Assembly (NCBI GenBank): GCA_024277605.1
Contig: JAJRUU010000168.1
Coordinates: forward strand, 1-26,478
DNA from: a bacterium
Lineage (GTDB): Bacteria; SZUA-182; SZUA-191; JAJRXT01
Length of the DNA: 26,478 nt
Reading direction: 5' to 3'
Below the pieces are notes generated by a model. That model did no database searches, was not told the origin of the DNA, and saw only the letters and a program-made list of their open reading frames with translations. This document shows positions 26,326-26,478 of the stretch, one piece after another. Both the position numbers and the translations under genes were made by a program. Each line of letters opens with the position of its first letter. Positions within the stretch are counted from its first letter, which is position 1.

Positions 26326-26478
26326 CGGCCTGCTATCCCAATGTCTATAACCTTACCGTTTTCAAACTCAAGATGGTATGTAGCAACCCTATTTTTCCAG
26401 TACGTCCAGATATCCTGATCAATTGATGATGTTCTATGAAAAGCAGGATACCCCAAAGCGACAATAACCGCTTTTTTA
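26326..26478 (-). CDS. 3' end of an upstream gene (partial, 51 codons), possibly a nitroreductase-fold protein
   Basis: Minus-strand frame open from the window edge to TAA at 26325-26323 (...KAVIVALGYPAFHRTSSIDQDIWTYWKNRVATYHLEFENGKVIDIGIAGR*). The 'ALGYPA' segment resembles the conserved C-terminal strand of nitroreductase-family proteins. Only a fragment is visible. Ends 53 bp before the ACP start codon. Confidence 0.3.

Overview
The window is 26.5 kb of bacterial chromosome, moderately AT-rich and densely coded. No genus can be assigned from the sequence. It contains no rRNA, CRISPR array or transposase gene. In order, it carries:

1. A plus-strand envelope-type operon (135-5660): a giant secreted TPR-repeat protein, a UbiA-family polyprenyl-phosphate phosphoribosyltransferase-like membrane enzyme, and a DUF362 protein.
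2. A minus-strand cluster (5829-13913): long-form hisG, a cobalamin-binding (class B) radical SAM enzyme, a heparinase II/III-like protein, a membrane-anchored double-VWA (BatA-like) protein and an EamA/DMT transporter.
3. A 660-bp repeat-rich divergent intergenic region (13914-14572) with two copies of a 73-bp repeat, a conserved small hairpin, a G10 homopolymer and a near-consensus sigma70 promoter.
4. A plus-strand housekeeping operon (14573-18500): an SPFH/band-7 protein, mdh, ndk, mobA and an nrnA-like DHH phosphoesterase.
5. A tRNA-Glu(CUC) gene and a minus-strand acpS, bracketed by two direct copies of a ~180-bp composite repeat. The first copy supplies the last 16 codons of the DHH gene. 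The second is interrupted by a ~220-bp MITE-like insertion with imperfect terminal inverted repeats and a 9-bp target-site duplication.
6. A tightly packed minus-strand operon (19641-26478) whose gene set does not correspond to any pathway I recognise from memory: partial upstream gene, acyl carrier protein, condensation/CAT-like acyltransferase candidate, FAD oxidoreductase, second B12-radical SAM enzyme, adenylate-forming ligase and a secreted protein, with acpS immediately downstream.

Item 6 is the best candidate for an undescribed carrier-protein-dependent biosynthetic system. The interspersed repeat/MITE family is the second notable feature.
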